Source: Pseudothermotoga sp.
GTDB taxonomy: Bacteria > Thermotogota > Thermotogae > Thermotogales > DSM-5069
Length of the DNA: 18,995 nt
Reading direction: 5' to 3' (one strand)
Assembly: GCA_031962025.1 (NCBI GenBank)
Contig: JAVRKW010000020.1
In this document: piece by piece, positions 17,201 through 18,995 of the stretch
How the letters are laid out: each line of letters begins with the position of its first letter
Numbering within the stretch: the stretch's first letter is position 1
Made by a program: the position numbers and the translations under genes
Notes under the pieces: generated by a model
The model's database searches: none
Seen by the model: the letters and a program-made list of their open reading frames with translations, nothing else
Told to the model about the DNA's origin: nothing

Positions 17201-18392
17201 TGTGAAAATTTTCAGCTATCTGTCCATCTTCGACTGCAACTGCTCCTATTTCGATGATCTCTGAAAACATGGGATGAAGCCCTGTCGTTTCGATGTCTAA
17301 AACCACAAATCTTTTACTGTTTATATTTACATCTTCATCGGTGCCAATTATCACGGGATCCGAGTCGTTGACCAGATATGCTTCAACTCCAAATATCGGC
17401 TTTATTCCATTCTTTTTACACGCTTCGTAAAAGTAGGGTATTCCTTGAACCACACCATGGTCTGTCAATGCGATCGCTTTCCAGCCCCATAGTGCTGCTC
17501 TTTCAACGTACTCGTTTATATCTAAGACGCTGTCAAGGTCGCTCAATTTGCTGTGAGCGTGCAGTTCGACTCGCTTTTGCGGTGCATTGTCCATGCGAAT
17601 CATGGGTTCTATTTTCTCAAAATTCTTAACGTGCAGGACAGGTTCACCGGATTCATCATATCTGAGTGTTCCGCCAAGAACAACCCAGTCTTTTTCTTTG
17701 AGCTCGTTGATGATCTGATCCACAAGGCTGTTGAAAACAAGGCATGTCATCGAGTCTCTTTTATCGGTGAGATAAATGGTGACAAATCTCTTTTTGCCTT
17801 CTCTCAATTCCATTTTGAATATCTGTCCAGCGATTTTCACATTTTCAGTGTCTGCAGGCAGATTAGAAGGAGTACTGTAGTGGTCTGATTTTCTCACCCT
17901 TTTTTTCTCTTCGGGTTTTTTCACGATTATCTTTGGTTCTTCAAATGATATTTTTGGTTCTTCAACCTCGATTTGTATATCTAAATCTTTACCGACCAGT
18001 TTACTGACAACCTCTTTCACCTGAACCATTTTGCTTTTGATCCTATCTTTGCCAAACTCCCCCGATACTTTGAGTATGACCTTTTGTTGTTCAACAACGG
18101 CAGACTGTACATAAGGAAAATTCCCGTTGAGTTCCTTTCTGAGTACGTCCAGGTCTATATAATCTTTTGAAATTTCTGATTGGAAAACAACTGTGGTTTC
18201 AAAGTACTCTTGTAGAAATTTGTGTAGCTCTTGAGTTAATTGCACAGGTCTGTCTGTTTTTATGATTAATGTATTAGTCTGGCAGTCATAATCAACAGAT
18301 CGAACCATACAGTCACATGAAGATTGAAATCCTATTTTGCTTGTAAATTCGCCAAGAGTCATCTGGGGATCTTCAACAACGATTCTTCTCAT
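14277..18392 (-). CDS. polC: DNA polymerase III, PolC-type alpha subunit
   Basis: OB fold, then PHP domain (ELHAHS, ALTDHG) interrupted by a DEDDh exonuclease (VLDIETTG, VAHNANFD, HHRALEDA). Also GSRGSVGSS, Zn finger CGKC/CPKC, KVPDIDLNF and YLFPKAHA. 1371 aa. Confidence 0.98.
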   Translation of the reverse strand: MRRIVVEDPQMTLGEFTSKIGFQSSCDCMVRSVDYDCQTNTLIIKTDRPVQLTQELHKFLQEYFETTVVFQSEISKDYIDLDVLRKELNGNFPYVQSAVVEQQKVILKVSGEFGKDRIKSKMVQVKEVVSKLVGKDLDIQIEVEEPKISFEEPKIIVKKPEEKKRVRKSDHYSTPSNLPADTENVKIAGQIFKMELREGKKRFVTIYLTDKRDSMTCLVFNSLVDQIINELKEKDWVVLGGTLRYDESGEPVLHVKNFEKIEPMIRMDNAPQKRVELHAHSKLSDLDSVLDINEYVERAALWGWKAIALTDHGVVQGIPYFYEACKKNGIKPIFGVEAYLVNDSDPVIIGTDEDVNINSKRFVVLDIETTGLHPMFSEIIEIGAVAVEDGQIAENFHTLVKPKEKLNSFTIQFTKITDQMLDDQPFIEEVLPKFFEFCKNSIVVAHNANFDYRFLRYWIEKVMKVNWKVPVIDTLALAKRLVKLSSYNLEKLANYFKVGAFSHHRALEDARVTAQIFMELLKIARERNIETFKQIEELHKESIIKQSKPFHATILVQNKEGLKNLYKLVSNAHVKYFHSVPRIPKSELQSLRSGLLVGSGCVSGELIQEMLAGANDSEIEETLAFYDFVEIMPLDLLPVNNDLGLTRERLSEIYMKLYQICEKMGIPVLMTGDVHFLDPEDEKIRSVLQAPQQDNISEQPAAYLRTTQEMLEAAQEILQDEQKALKVVVEYPNQVASNIEEIVPLEKKLHTPKIEGAEEQVKTIAMQRAVQLYGDPLPELVEKRLKKELDAIINHGYAVLYLIAKKMVDKSLEDGYVVGSRGSVGSSFVAFLMGITEVNPLPPHYFCGKCHYIEFIQNNGYGSGYDLPSKTCPKCGNQLSRNGQDIPFETFMGFEGDKVPDIDLNFSGDYQDEAHRFIEKLFGKEHVYRAGTINTIASRTAYGFVKAYEEKISRKVRKAESERLASAVTGVKRTTGQHPGGLMIIPKQYEVYDFTPIQYPANTKEAMVLTTHFDYESIHDDLVKIDALGHDDPTFVKLLKDITGVDPMQIPMDDEETMKIFSSVEPLGVKATDIGTDVGTLGIPEFGTQFVRGMLSETRPKSFAELVRISGLSHGTDVWLNNAQEWIRQKKATLSDVIACRDDIMNYLIKKGMNASKAFKIMENVRKGKGISEENEKDLRDIGVPEWYIESCKKIKYLFPKAHATAYVSMAFRIAYFKVHYPLAFYAVYFTLKGDEFDVEAALGGPQIVKKRLMELSTIVDKDVREKAKETTLELMLEMFCRGYSFLPVNINKSDAKLFTIENGKLRIPLNKLPNLGDNVAESIIKARKEKPFSSLEDMVKRTKVNKSHLETFKRMVELEGLPEKEQISLF

Positions 18393-18880
18393 ACCGTGAA
18401 CCTCCGAGTGAAATTCTTAACAACGCCGTGACAGTAGGCAATGGCAAGTGCATCAGCCGCATCATCTGGCTTTGGTATTTCAGCCAGATTTAGCAAGATT
18501 TTTATCCATTCCTGAACTTTCCTTTTTGTGGCTCTACCATTACCAGCCACTGCTTTCTTCACCTCGTGCGGTGTGTATTCGTAAACTTCTATCTTTTTTT
18601 GAGCAGCTAACAGCAACACAATTCCCCTTGCTTCACCTACAGATATTGCAGTTGTGACATTCCGAGAGAAAAACAACTTCTCCATTGCGATTTCATCCGG
18701 TTTTATTTCGTCGATTAAATTGCAGAGATTTTCATACAAGAATTTCAAACGTAATGATATGTTTTGTTCCTTTTCTGTCTGTATTGTTCCGTGGTTTACA
18801 TGCTCAAAAAAGTTGCCACTGACTCGCAGAACACCGTATCCCAAAATACCGAATCCAGGGTCGATACCAAGAATTGTCAA
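18389..18880 (-). CDS. ruvC: Holliday junction resolvase RuvC
   Basis: Motifs ILGIDPG, EKLFF, GEARG, EYTPHEVKKAVAGNGRATK and DDAADALAIA. TTG start at 18880 lies 6 nt after GAGGTG; the stop overlaps the polC start (ATGA). Confidence 0.96.
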   Translation of the reverse strand: MTILGIDPGFGILGYGVLRVSGNFFEHVNHGTIQTEKEQNISLRLKFLYENLCNLIDEIKPDEIAMEKLFFSRNVTTAISVGEARGIVLLLAAQKKIEVYEYTPHEVKKAVAGNGRATKRKVQEWIKILLNLAEIPKPDDAADALAIAYCHGVVKNFTRRFTV

Positions 18881-18913
18881 AGTACACACCTCGATTTTTG
18901 GTAGGCAAATCAC

Positions 18914-18960
18914 ATTATAGACCCTTTACCTTTGTCAAGTTATTACCCGTCTTTTAAAAT
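18914..18960. promoter_or_regulatory. Putative divergent sigma70-type promoters
   Basis: Minus strand: TATAAT (18919-18914) upstream of ruvC. Plus strand: TTGTCA (18932-18937), 17 nt spacer, TAAAAT (18955-18960). Confidence 0.5.
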
Positions 18961-18995
18961 TTCTGTGAAGATTCCAAATCTATGGAAAAAGCAAA

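Noticed and set aside
14277..18392. Intein in PolC
   Set aside because: The length is normal for PolC. The insertion in the PHP domain is the standard DEDDh exonuclease, and no intein splice motifs were seen.
478..18920. Many short antisense or overlapping ORFs in the track (e.g. 1902..2429, 3461..3997, 7659..8381, 16755..17264)
   Set aside because: They are shadows of well-supported genes on the opposite strand or in another frame, with no recognisable motifs.
1..18995. CRISPR array, tRNA/rRNA genes, prophage or defence genes
   Set aside because: No regularly spaced repeats or tRNA/rRNA signatures were seen. The ruvC gene is the housekeeping resolvase, not a Cas or TnpB nuclease.

Overview
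A mostly housekeeping 19-kb region from a Thermotogota bacterium, probably Pseudothermotoga-like. This is inferred from the PolC-type replicase, the Omp-alpha-like SLH/coiled-coil protein and the compact overlapping operons. The left edge holds the 3' end of an IS200/IS605-family tnpB gene with its structured right end (omegaRNA scaffold), apparently inserted into a minus-strand gene. A plus-strand block follows: EamA/DMT transporter, kal, kce (lysine fermentation), guaA and an MFS transporter. A long minus-strand block converges on it: ruvC, polC, metallophosphoesterase, rsmG, a lipoate-ligase/LipM-like gene, rsmI, a MarR regulator, a PEGA protein, an SLH coiled-coil protein, an LptA/OstA-like protein, serS, rsmE and a hypothetical gene. 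The most unusual observation is a shared leader in two unrelated genes 11 kb apart (guaA, rsmG). In both, the only Shine-Dalgarno sits about 40 nt upstream of the start codon and is separated from it by a 31-33 nt hairpin that begins CAGCGCATT and ends CTG-AA. This is a candidate undescribed 'split ribosome-binding site' element.
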